From an uncultured Thermoplasmatales archaeon (GTDB lineage: Archaea; Thermoplasmatota; E2; DHVEG-1), in contig CAYMMP010000001.1 of NCBI GenBank assembly GCA_964391625.1, positions 1 through 62,040 on the forward strand: DNA of 62,040 bases, read 5' to 3'. A program made the translations under genes and the position numbers. Shown one piece after another: positions 45,461 through 55,500 of this stretch. The number at the start of each line of letters is the position of its first letter. The stretch's first letter is position 1. The notes below the pieces were generated by a model, which ran no database searches, was not told where the DNA came from, and worked only from the letters and a program-made list of their open reading frames with translations.

Positions 45461-46423
45461 TTAAACTTCTATCTTGATTGGTCCGAGTTTTTCAAGCTTT
45501 TTAGCAAAATCTTTTATCATGCCTTCAAGTTTGGCAGATTCTCCTGTTGAAACCCATTCAAGTTTAACACGCTCTGGCTCAATATTTAGATCTTTAAGAA
45601 CATTTTTTAGCAATATCAAACGTCTTCGTGCTTTGTAGTTACCATTATGATCACATTCTTCGGGTGGGCAACCAGCAACCATAACGCCCCAGGCACCCTC
45701 CTCAAAAGCATCGAGTACTAGTTCAGGGGCAACACGGCCTGAGCACATTGTAACAATAATACCATGTGGCGTCTTAATAAGTGTCTCAGTTTCACTAAGT
45801 TGCATACCAGGGAATACCGACCAGTTGCAAGCGAAAACTAACAACTTTTTATCCTCATCTTTAAGGACTTCTTTTACACTTTCGTGAAGCTCTGGGAGGG
45901 TTACATTACAGCCTTCTTTCTGAGTGATCGCACCAGATGGACAAGCCGCAAGACATAATCCGCATCCACGGCATTCAATTTTATCAACTTTGACTTTCAG
46001 TTTACCTTTTCCGGTATCAACAATCTTTAATGCATCATATTTACAAAGTGACATGCAAATACCACATACGCTACATAACTCTTCATCGATATGTGCAATT
46101 GTGCCTTCAACCTCAAAACCTGCATTAATTAAGTCAGCACGAGCATCTGTAAGAATGTCTGTAACAGGAACGCCTGCTGAACAGTTGTCAGAACAATTTT
46201 TACAATAAAAGCATTGAAATATCTTGTCTACAATTTCTTGTGTTGGTTTTATTTTTTCTGTAATCATCCCATAGACCATAAGAAGCTTTCCGCGAGGAGT
46301 GTCTGATTCCCAACCATACGATTTGAAAAGGGGGCACAATTCATAACAATAACCACATCGTATGCATTTATCTAACTCATTTTCCCACTTTTTAGTTCTT
46401 TCGAATTCGATATTCTTTGCCAT
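45461..46423 (-). CDS. GlcF/HdrD-N-type ferredoxin + 2x[4Fe-4S] ferredoxin + MvhD-like domain fusion protein
   Basis: CIRCGYCYELCPLF...TPRGK, CFYCKNCSDNCSAGVP, CSVCGICMSLC, CRGCGLCLAACP, FACNWS...MCSGRV...GCPPEECDHNGN. No CCG motifs are present. Confidence 0.7.
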   Translation of the reverse strand: MAKNIEFERTKKWENELDKCIRCGYCYELCPLFKSYGWESDTPRGKLLMVYGMITEKIKPTQEIVDKIFQCFYCKNCSDNCSAGVPVTDILTDARADLINAGFEVEGTIAHIDEELCSVCGICMSLCKYDALKIVDTGKGKLKVKVDKIECRGCGLCLAACPSGAITQKEGCNVTLPELHESVKEVLKDEDKKLLVFACNWSVFPGMQLSETETLIKTPHGIIVTMCSGRVAPELVLDAFEEGAWGVMVAGCPPEECDHNGNYKARRRLILLKNVLKDLNIEPERVKLEWVSTGESAKLEGMIKDFAKKLEKLGPIKIEV

Positions 46424-46424
46424 T

Positions 46425-47858
46425 TTATTTCCCCACTTTGTACCGGAGACCTGTTGCTTTCACCCAGTCATTAGGAGCATCCATCAATTTATGAGGATTG
46501 AGAATATTATTTGGATCTAGTGCTTTTTTAATGGCCCACATCATTGGAAGTATATCTTTTCTTGCTTTCTTCCAAGCTGGCGCTTTAGAAAGACCTATCC
46601 CGTGCTCAGCTGATGTTACCCCACCAATGGAATGCACATAATCATATAGTTCTTCGACCACCTTCTCTGCATCTTTCCATTGACTTGCTTTTTTTGGATC
46701 AAGCATAATCTTGGTATGAATTACGCCAGATCCACAATGTCCATATACTGCCATAATAACATTATTTCGTTTGGCTATCTCATGAATTTTTTTTGCGCAT
46801 TCTGCAACCTTTGAATTTGGAACACCCATATCATCTGCAAGATCTGTGCAAACAATTCCTTCTTTGTATTTTGATAGAGAAGCAAAAAGTTTCTTTCGTC
46901 CACCAAAGAGTCTCTGTCTCTCTTTTGCATCGTAACTTACTTCTATACCGTATCCTTTATGTTTCTCGCAAATTTCTTTCATTTTTTTTATTTCATAATC
47001 AATTGCGCTTTTCACATTTCCATCGGCTTCAAAAAGTATAATTGCTCCCACTTCAGGAAGACCGAGATTAAGTGCTTTGTTTACAGCAACAATACCTATC
47101 CCATCCATCAATTCAAGTAATGAAGGTTGAGCTCCACTTGCAATAATCTCAGAGATTGCATTGCCGGCATCTTCAAGTTTGTCAAAATCTGCAACACCAA
47201 GACAGCGATACTTTGGAAGAGGATATATTCTCATCGTTGCCTCAACAACAATTCCAAGAGTGCCTTCTGCTCCTACTATGAGTCTCTCAAGTTGGTAACC
47301 AGATGAGTGCACACGGGTGTTTGAACCAAGATTTACAAGAGAGCCATCTGCAAGAACAACTTTCATCCCCATCACATAATCACGTGTAGCTCCATATTTT
47401 ACAGACCTTACTCCAGATGCATTTGCACCAATTTCTCCACCAATCGTTGCAATACGACTAGACGCAGGTGCAGGTGGATAAAACAAGCCATATGGTTTCA
47501 AAGCACGATTAAGATCATCATCAACAACTCCTGGTTCAACCCTAACAAGCATATCCTCAGGAACAATTTCAAGAATACGATTCATATGTTTCATGTCCAA
47601 TACAATTCCACCATCAATAGGTACTGAATGGCCACTTGTTCCTGAACCAGCACCTCTAGGCACCACAGGTACTTTGTTTTTGTTAGCATATTTGATAATT
47701 TTTTGAACTTCTTCAATTGTTTTTGGTCGAATAACAACCTGTGGCATTGCCTGATGCACAGAAGCATCACTAGAATATGCGTACAAGTCAACAGGATTGT
47801 TTGTAATATTCTCAGGTCCAACTATTTTTTTAAGATATTCAAAATCAATTTTTTTCAT
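46425..47858 (-). CDS. FAD-linked oxidase, GlcD/D-lactate dehydrogenase family
   Basis: 477 aa. PVVPRGAGSGTSG (FAD-PCMH motif), TSAEHGIG near the C-terminus, ILNPHKL. Confidence 0.85.
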   Translation of the reverse strand: MKKIDFEYLKKIVGPENITNNPVDLYAYSSDASVHQAMPQVVIRPKTIEEVQKIIKYANKNKVPVVPRGAGSGTSGHSVPIDGGIVLDMKHMNRILEIVPEDMLVRVEPGVVDDDLNRALKPYGLFYPPAPASSRIATIGGEIGANASGVRSVKYGATRDYVMGMKVVLADGSLVNLGSNTRVHSSGYQLERLIVGAEGTLGIVVEATMRIYPLPKYRCLGVADFDKLEDAGNAISEIIASGAQPSLLELMDGIGIVAVNKALNLGLPEVGAIILFEADGNVKSAIDYEIKKMKEICEKHKGYGIEVSYDAKERQRLFGGRKKLFASLSKYKEGIVCTDLADDMGVPNSKVAECAKKIHEIAKRNNVIMAVYGHCGSGVIHTKIMLDPKKASQWKDAEKVVEELYDYVHSIGGVTSAEHGIGLSKAPAWKKARKDILPMMWAIKKALDPNNILNPHKLMDAPNDWVKATGLRYKVGK

Positions 47859-47859
47859 A

Positions 47860-48279
47860 TCATCCAGTCTCCTTTATAGGGGACGGGCCTAATTTTTTTA
47901 ATTCACTCACAAAATCAGTGACCACCTGAGCAAATTTCTGCCCCTCCGAAGCAGAAATATACTCAAAACGTACTCTTTCAGATTTTACACCCATATCCGC
48001 CAAAAGTTTTTTCAAAAGTTTAACACGACGGTTGGTTTTGTAATTTCCAGATTGATAATGACAATCGCCAGGATGACATCCTGCTATTAACACCCCATCA
48101 GCACCTTTTTTTAGAGCTTCAAGAATGAAAACAGTATCTACCCTGCCAGAGCACATCACCCTAATGGATTTAATATTTGCAGGGTATTTTATTCTACTAG
48201 TCCCTGCTAGATCTGCCCCAGCGTAAGAACACCAATTACAGAGAAAACCAATAATATTTGGTTCAAATTCTTTTGCCAT
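47860..48279 (-). CDS. mvhD: MvhD/FlpD-type [2Fe-2S] electron-transfer subunit
   Basis: MAKEFEPNIIGFLCNWCSYAGADLAGTSRIKYP...RVMCSGRVD...GADGVLIAGCHPGDCHYQSGN. ATG 48279 is preceded by AGGTGA. Confidence 0.85.
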   Translation of the reverse strand: MAKEFEPNIIGFLCNWCSYAGADLAGTSRIKYPANIKSIRVMCSGRVDTVFILEALKKGADGVLIAGCHPGDCHYQSGNYKTNRRVKLLKKLLADMGVKSERVRFEYISASEGQKFAQVVTDFVSELKKLGPSPIKETG

Positions 48280-48284
48280 TTTTT

Positions 48285-48755
48285 TCACCTCAATTTATGA
48301 TTTTTTATCTCATTTACTGTCATTTCAATGGCCGTTGGTACAGCCCGCTCAATCTCTTTACTGAGATTTTCACCAAATTCACATGGGATTTCTTTCATCA
48401 TTATTCCAATTATGATAATTTCTTTTGGGATTCTGTCCTCCCCTAGTTTTTTTGCCATCTCAATCGCTTCTATGAGCGATACATCGTGTGGATTACACGA
48501 ATGCATTGTTGTAAAGTTGCTTAATGGGATTCTCCTAACTTCTCCCGTCTTACTACTTTCTGACTTCACTGCATCTATTATTATTGCCTTGTCGTATCCA
48601 AGGAGCAGGTCAAGAAGGTTCATACCCCCAGTTATTGCTTCGCCTATTGTAACATCGGGAGATTTTACGTGTTTTTTTAACTCATTCGCTACGTGAACTC
48701 CGACTCCATCATCACCCAATATTAGGTTTCCTACACCAAGGATTATTATTTTCAT
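48285..48755 (-). CDS. [NiFe]-hydrogenase maturation endopeptidase
   Basis: MKIIILGVGNLILGDDGVG...GGMNLLD...IIIDA pattern. Confidence 0.8.
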   Translation of the reverse strand: MKIIILGVGNLILGDDGVGVHVANELKKHVKSPDVTIGEAITGGMNLLDLLLGYDKAIIIDAVKSESSKTGEVRRIPLSNFTTMHSCNPHDVSLIEAIEMAKKLGEDRIPKEIIIIGIMMKEIPCEFGENLSKEIERAVPTAIEMTVNEIKNHKLR

Positions 48756-48760
48756 TTCTC

Positions 48761-50221
48761 TTACAGATTTTGTTTTAATTTCTTGTACAGTTTTTTATTA
48801 TAGTCGTAAATATCTATTTCAAGAGGTAATCCGCCAGGCAATGTATGAGTGGCACATGCAAAACATGGATCATAAGCTCTAAAGGCCATCTCAACCAAGT
48901 TCAGTATTCCGTTGTCAACTTTGCCGTTTTTTATGACGCCTTTTGCAGCATCACGAATCGACATGTTGATCGCGCCTGAGTTATTGGTCGTTGCAACAAT
49001 TAAATTTGCTTTATCAATAAGTCCATCTTTTGTTAGCTTATAATGATGTATCAATGTACCACGAGCAGCCTCAGTGACACCCATTCCTTCCCCAGGCTCT
49101 CCTACAGGATTTCTAATCTTCTGAGAAGTGATTTCGGGATCATTTATAAGTTCCTTTGCCCGTTCAGTTGCATACAAAAGTTCAATTAGTCTCGCCCAGT
49201 GGAAGGCTAACGTTGAATTTACTGGTCTGCCACCAAGTGTCTCATAAAATCTCTTATATTCTTTATTTGCAAGCGGGGTCGCCATACCTTCAGCAGCATT
49301 TAATCTGCCTAATGGACCGACTCTGTAAATACCACTGTTTTTACCATCAGTAAAACCATTCCATCCTACGGACTTCAAGTAAGGGAATTTTATATACGTC
49401 CATTCCTCAACACGCTCTTCAATGTACTTATAATAGTCATTCACATCGAATTTGGCTTTTTCATCTCCTTTTTGATCTGTAACTCTTATCATTCCATCAT
49501 AAAAGTTCACGTTGTTATTTTTATCAACAAGACCCATATTATACGTCGCAAGTTGATAGGGATCGCTTAAAATCAAATCAACGTATTTCTTATTTGCTAG
49601 AACTATATCATCAAAAAGTTTTAAAGAAAACTTGGCAAATTCTATGCAGGAATCTACCATCTTTTTGATATCTGTCACTTCATCTTTGTTTAGTCCTTTT
49701 GAAATTCCACCAGGCAATCCACATACTGGATGAGTTGCCTTACCACCAAGTATGGCTGTAATCTTTTGACCATATGCACGATGCTTGATTACTTCTTTAC
49801 CAATCTCAACGCCTGCTTTTTCTATCACACCAATTATATTGCGTTTTGCAGGTGGAGTATCTGGGCCAACTACAAAATCAGGGCCACCCAAGTAATAGAA
49901 ATGTAAAGTATGGTCGTAGATGTAATACCCCATATACATCAATTCTCTGAGTTTTTTTGCGGCTGATGGGGGATCGACATTGAATGCCCTATCCAAAGCT
50001 TTGGTTGCAGCAAAATGATGAGCAACTGGACACACTCCGCAAATACGAGAGGTAATCTGCGGCATGTCCTCTGCTCTTCTTCCCTGAGCAAAGCGTTCAA
50101 ATCCTCTAAGCTCAGGAATTTGAAGATACGCATTTTCAACATTCCCTTTGTCGTTAAGGAAGATACTGATTTTGCCATGACCTTCTAAACGAGTTATTGG
50201 ATCAATAGTAATTGTTTCCAT
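48761..50221 (-). CDS. mvhA: F420-non-reducing (Mvh-type, group 3c) [NiFe]-hydrogenase large subunit
   Basis: RLEGHG, RICGVCPVAH, and C-terminal DPCFACATH followed by a 28-aa cleavable extension. It lies adjacent to mvhG, mvhD and hdrABC. Confidence 0.85.
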   Translation of the reverse strand: METITIDPITRLEGHGKISIFLNDKGNVENAYLQIPELRGFERFAQGRRAEDMPQITSRICGVCPVAHHFAATKALDRAFNVDPPSAAKKLRELMYMGYYIYDHTLHFYYLGGPDFVVGPDTPPAKRNIIGVIEKAGVEIGKEVIKHRAYGQKITAILGGKATHPVCGLPGGISKGLNKDEVTDIKKMVDSCIEFAKFSLKLFDDIVLANKKYVDLILSDPYQLATYNMGLVDKNNNVNFYDGMIRVTDQKGDEKAKFDVNDYYKYIEERVEEWTYIKFPYLKSVGWNGFTDGKNSGIYRVGPLGRLNAAEGMATPLANKEYKRFYETLGGRPVNSTLAFHWARLIELLYATERAKELINDPEITSQKIRNPVGEPGEGMGVTEAARGTLIHHYKLTKDGLIDKANLIVATTNNSGAINMSIRDAAKGVIKNGKVDNGILNLVEMAFRAYDPCFACATHTLPGGLPLEIDIYDYNKKLYKKLKQNL

Positions 50222-51210
50222 TACTTCACCACCTTCCTATTAATCAAAGCAGATGGAAGAGCATACTTATAGAACGTTCCAACAGGATCAACGACCTGAT
50301 CAATAAGTTTTTGAACTTCTTCATCGCTCATTTTCTCTTCACCTTCAATTCCAAGAATTGATGCAAGTGCGGATATCATCTTTGCACCTTGGTCTAAAGA
50401 ATTGGGTGTAGGGCCACCACAGCCAGTACAGGGCATATTGGCATCCAAGCATCTTGCATCGCACCCTCCACGTGTTGCTGGACCCATACAGATGATTCCT
50501 TGCTCAAGCAAGCACTTATCTTCGATTTTTTCAACTTCATATACTCTTTTTATCTCTGTGATTTTCTTTTCAGTTTTTTCAAAACGACATTCATCACAAA
50601 CAGATTTCATTGGACCAATAACAGATCCTTTTGGTGGTAGTTTATTTTCAACAATTGCACCTACGGCAGTCATTATTTGGTCTGGTGTTGGCGGACAACC
50701 TGTTAGATAATAATCAACATCAACTGTCTGGTCAAGTGTTTTTACGGTATCATAAAATTCTGGGAGAGTAAGTGTTCCCTCTTTGACTTTAACGCTTGTT
50801 TTTGGAACAATAGTTTTAGGATTAACAGTAGATGGATTATCCAAATAGGCGGTTGCAAAAACTTCCTCACGATTTGCAACATTTGCAAGTCCTGGAATTC
50901 CACCATTAACTGCACAGGCTCCAAACGCAACCATGACCTTTGATTTCTTTCTCAAAAGTTTTGCGATGTGTTCTTGCTCTTCAGTTCTAATCGCCCCATT
51001 GAAAAAACAGATATCTATGTGATTATCCTTCATCGCTTCGACATCTTTATACTTAAAATCCATAGCTACTGGCCAGAACAGGATGTCTGCTATCGCGATT
51101 ACATCCAATATTTTTTCATCTATGTCTAAAACAGCTATTTCGCATCCACCACAACTTGCAGCCCAATAGAAAGCCAGTTGCAGTTTCTTCTTTTCTTCTT
51201 TTTTAGTCAT
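50221..51210 (-). CDS. mvhG: Mvh-type [NiFe]-hydrogenase small subunit
   Basis: AASCGGCEIAVLD, AFGACAVNGG, and distal Cys clusters (CDECRFEK..., CMGPATRGGCDARC..., CTGCGGP). Confidence 0.8.
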   Translation of the reverse strand: MTKKEEKKKLQLAFYWAASCGGCEIAVLDIDEKILDVIAIADILFWPVAMDFKYKDVEAMKDNHIDICFFNGAIRTEEQEHIAKLLRKKSKVMVAFGACAVNGGIPGLANVANREEVFATAYLDNPSTVNPKTIVPKTSVKVKEGTLTLPEFYDTVKTLDQTVDVDYYLTGCPPTPDQIMTAVGAIVENKLPPKGSVIGPMKSVCDECRFEKTEKKITEIKRVYEVEKIEDKCLLEQGIICMGPATRGGCDARCLDANMPCTGCGGPTPNSLDQGAKMISALASILGIEGEEKMSDEEVQKLIDQVVDPVGTFYKYALPSALINRKVVK

Positions 51211-51220
51211 ACTACCACCT

Positions 51221-52102
51221 TTATTTTTTATAAACCCCTTTTTTCTTTAATAATAGAGTTGGATCAACAGCATGTTGATCAAAACCACAAACACTTGGAT
51301 CGAGTCCTAATGCTATGGCAATAAGTTGAGTGTAATAATATGTAGGGATCTGTTTATATCCCTTAAACATTCTTTCTGCTTCTTTTCCGCGAACATCAAT
51401 ATTATATCTACATAAAGGACAAGAAAGAACCATGGCCTCGGCATCGCGCTCAAGTGCATAATTTGTAATTCTATATGCTCGTTTGGAAACAATTTCTTTC
51501 TCATCAATCGTATGATAAGAACCACAACATTCAATTTTGAATGGGTTGTCAACAGCTTCTGCACCAAGAGCAATTAAAAGATCTCTAAGAATTGTCGGTT
51601 CTTCAGCATCATCGATAGCAACTTCGCGTGGACGGAGCAACATACAACCATAGTACGGCATGATTTTTATGCCTTTTAATGGATTTTTTACCCTTTTTTT
51701 AATGACATCAAATCCTACTTCATCACGTAAAAATTCCAGGAAATGTATTACTTCAACTGTTCCTTTATAGTCATTTTCCCTATCCATAAAAAGATTTAAT
51801 GTTTCAAGATCGTCAGGGTTTTCTTTGACTCGCAGACTGGTTTGCTTCAGAGTGTTGTAGCACATATCACATAATGCTACAACCTTGTTTTCACCCTGAT
51901 CTTCGACATGGATAAGATTCCGAAGTGGCGCCAGATGATGCATAAGATCATCGTCAGTAAGTGATGCGACAACGCCACAACAGTTCCAGTCTTCCATTTC
52001 AACTAGTTCATGACCTAATGCGTCCATTATAGCATATGCTGATTTTTCAAGATTTTTTGCAGATGTTTTGAGTGTGCAACCAGGGAAATACAATAGTTTC
52101 AT
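51221..52102 (-). CDS. hdrB: Heterodisulfide reductase subunit B (two CCG domains)
   Basis: MKLLYFPGCTLK..., WNCCGV, YYGCMLLRP, IECCGSYH. ATG 52102 lies 4 nt after the hdrC stop; the track TTG start at 52114 is less likely. Confidence 0.85.
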   Translation of the reverse strand: MKLLYFPGCTLKTSAKNLEKSAYAIMDALGHELVEMEDWNCCGVVASLTDDDLMHHLAPLRNLIHVEDQGENKVVALCDMCYNTLKQTSLRVKENPDDLETLNLFMDRENDYKGTVEVIHFLEFLRDEVGFDVIKKRVKNPLKGIKIMPYYGCMLLRPREVAIDDAEEPTILRDLLIALGAEAVDNPFKIECCGSYHTIDEKEIVSKRAYRITNYALERDAEAMVLSCPLCRYNIDVRGKEAERMFKGYKQIPTYYYTQLIAIALGLDPSVCGFDQHAVDPTLLLKKKGVYKK

Positions 52103-52106
52103 TTCA

Positions 52107-52460
52107 TTACCCAATATTTTTTCTAAACAAACTTACAAATGCAAGTTGAGGAATAGTCTCTCTTTCTTTTTTAGAAATCTTTACGACATTTGTTCGATCA
52201 ATTTTTTTCCTCAAGACTATTTGACGCAGAGCTTCCATAATTTTTGTAATATTTAAATCACGAGGACATCTTTCTGCACATGTATAACATGATGCGCACA
52301 TCCAAATCGTATTTGAATTCAACACTTCCTTTCTATTCAGTATTACATATCTAATTACCTTATCAGGACCTAAATCCATATCCTCGATAAACGGACAACC
52401 AGCAGAACAAGTTCCACATTGATAACATGCAAACAGGTTTTCTCCAGAGAGCTCTTTCAC
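52107..52460 (-). CDS. hdrC: Heterodisulfide reductase subunit C
   Basis: CYQCGTCSAGCP and CASCYTCAERCP in a 117-aa protein directly upstream of hdrB. Confidence 0.85.
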   Translation of the reverse strand: MKELSGENLFACYQCGTCSAGCPFIEDMDLGPDKVIRYVILNRKEVLNSNTIWMCASCYTCAERCPRDLNITKIMEALRQIVLRKKIDRTNVVKISKKERETIPQLAFVSLFRKNIG

Positions 52461-52528
52461 CTCTTCAGCAAGTCCTCCTTCTTTAAATTTGATTTCATCG
52501 ATCTCTTTGTTACTTTCTAACTTTTTTT

Positions 52529-55500
52529 TCAGACAGCCACCTCCTCCTTAAGAAGAGCATCTAGCATTACCTCAATCTGCTCGTTTTTGAATCCTTTCTG
52601 TTGTATTGCACCTGATGGGCAAGCACCTGCACATGCACCGCATCCCTTACAAAGAGCTCGATTAACTGTAGCTACAAGACGATCAGGATTGTCTTGGCGA
52701 GGTTTAATTTCAATAGCAGAAAATGGACATACAGCCTCACATGTTTTACATCCACTACATAGTTCTTCGTCTACCTCGGCTACCTGCCCCTCACCTTTCA
52801 TTCTCCCCTGCATAATTGGAATTGCAGCTCTAGATGCCGCGCCTTCAGCTTGAGCAATTGAATCTACAAGATTTTTTGGATAATGTGCAGCTCCACACAA
52901 ATAAATACCATCAGTTGCAAAATCCAATGGACGGATCTTTGCATGCGCTTCCATGAAAAAACCTCCAGTGCCTGCAGGAATCTTAAGCATGTTTTTCAAG
53001 GCCTCAGTAGACTCTGCTCCTTCAATATTAATCATAAGAACTACAAGATCAGCAGGAATTTCCAGTTCTTCATTTAGGATATCATCATAAACTTTTACGG
53101 TTACAGAACCTTCCTTTGGGTCATCTTTGTCAAGAAGGACCTTTGGTTTCTTATCACCGGCGTAGCGAATAGTTGTGACATGATAATTTTTCAAAACATC
53201 AGAATAATACTCCTCTTCCTCTTTACCAAAAACCCGCATATCTCTATATAATATATATACCTTAGAACCTGGGAATTTCTCACTAACAATCTTTGCATTC
53301 TTAATAGATACTCCACAGCCAACACGGCAACAATAAGGACGCTTTTCATCCATTGCACCAGCACAATTAATAAAAACAATATTTTTAGGTTCCTTTTTCA
53401 AATTCAAAGAATTGTTTTTAATCCTTTTTTCCAAATCGATTTGTGATAAAATATTACTGTTCTTGCCATACTGATACTCACCCTCAAGATCGACCTCTTT
53501 AAAACCAGTTGCAATGATAATCGTTCCAAACTCCATCTCTTTGATTTTGCCGTTTTGCTTTATTTTCCCAGTATAATTGCCAATAAAACCATCGACATCA
53601 ACAATCTCAGCATTAGTCATAACATTGATCAACTTGTTTTTTGTAACCTCTTTAATCAATGGATCGATAATATCCTCTGTCTTTACATCAGATGGAAACA
53701 TAGAATAAAGTTCTCTAAGCTCTCCACCAAGTTTTGGGTTCTTTTCAATAAGAATAGATTTAATACCCATATTAGCTAAAGCAAGGGCAGCTTTCATACC
53801 TGAAAGGCCACCACCAATGACAAGAGTTTTTGGAATAATTGAAAATTCTTCCTCAGGAAGTGGTTCAAGCAATCTCACTTTTGCCACAGCAGCTTTAACC
53901 AGAGCGGTTGCTTTTTTAGTCGCTGCATCCCAATCATCAGAATGAACCCAAGAGCATTGATTACGTATATTAGCCATTTCAAAAAGATATTTATTCAAAC
54001 CTGCTTCCATAAGCGTGTCTCTAAATAACCCGCCATGAGTACTTGGCGTACAAGCGGCAACAACAACCCTGTTTAGCTTTTTTTCTTTAATCGTTTCTCT
54101 AATTTTTTTACCACTATCCTCGGAACAAGCAAACATTACATGCTCTGCATATTCAACATTTGGCAGTTTTTCAGCAGATTTAGTAACCTTTTCTACATCT
54201 AGATAGCTGGCAATGTTTTTACCACAATGACAAACAAATACACCCACTCGTGGTTCTTCACGAGTTACATCAATTTCTGGTGGGAAGTTCTTACCAACAT
54301 GACGCTCCCGATCCTTAATTGACTCAACTGCTTTTGCAGCAGCACCACTTGCCATAGCTACACTATCAGGTATATCTTTTGGACCTTGGATACAGCCAGC
54401 AAGGAATATACCGTCTTTTGTTGACTGAATTGGATTGTTTAACAATGATTGTTGTTTGAAAAAACCATTTTCATCAACATCCACCCCAAGTATTTCACCA
54501 AGTCTTTTATTATCGCGGTTGGGAACTATCGCAGTAGATAACACAAGCATATCTACTACGTCTTCCTTTACCTCATCAGTAAGTGTATTTTTATAACGAA
54601 TTGTTAAACTTTTATCCTTGTTTTCATAAACCGAAGAAGGTCGTCCACGAATATATCTGACACCAAGGTCTTTGGCATGATTATAATACTGTTGAAAATC
54701 TTTACCATAAGCACGAATATCCATATAATAAATTGAAATATCAATATCTGGGTTTGCCTCTTTAACAATAGAAGCTTCCTTAGTTGCATACATACAACAC
54801 ACACGTGAGCAGTAAGGAAAACCTAGTTGTGCACTACGTGAGCCTACACACTGAATCCAACCAATGGTCTTAGGTTTTTTACCATCAGAAAGTCGCACAG
54901 GCTTTCCTTCAGTAGGCCCAAAAGATGACAGTAATCTTTCGAACTGCATTGCAGTCATCACATTTTCATACTTGCCATAACCATACTCGCGTCTCATTTC
55001 AGTAGGCTCAAATACTTCAAACCCTGTTGCAACAATAACGCTACCAACATTTACCTCTATTTCTTCAGATTTTTCAAGAAAACTTATTGCCTCTGGTTCA
55101 CAAACCCGATCACATGACCCACAACCTATACAGTTTTCATGGTCAATTGTATAAACAATTGGTACTGCCTGTGGGAATTCAATATATATTGCTTTACGAG
55201 TTGTAATTTTTTCGTCAAAATTGCTTACCACATCAACAGGGCAAACCTCTACACAATCATTGCATCCAGTACATTTATCAGGATCAACATATTTGCTTTT
55301 CTTCCAAACCTGTGCTTTAAAATTTCCTTTTTTACCGTCAAGTGAATTAAGTTCAGCATAAGTAATAAGTTCAATATTAGGATGGCGGGAAAGCTCAACC
55401 ATCTTTGGTGCTGATGTACAAATGCTACAATCATTTGTTGGAAATGTCTTATCAAGTTTGACCATTGATCCGCCAATTGTTGAAGACTTATCAATAATCA

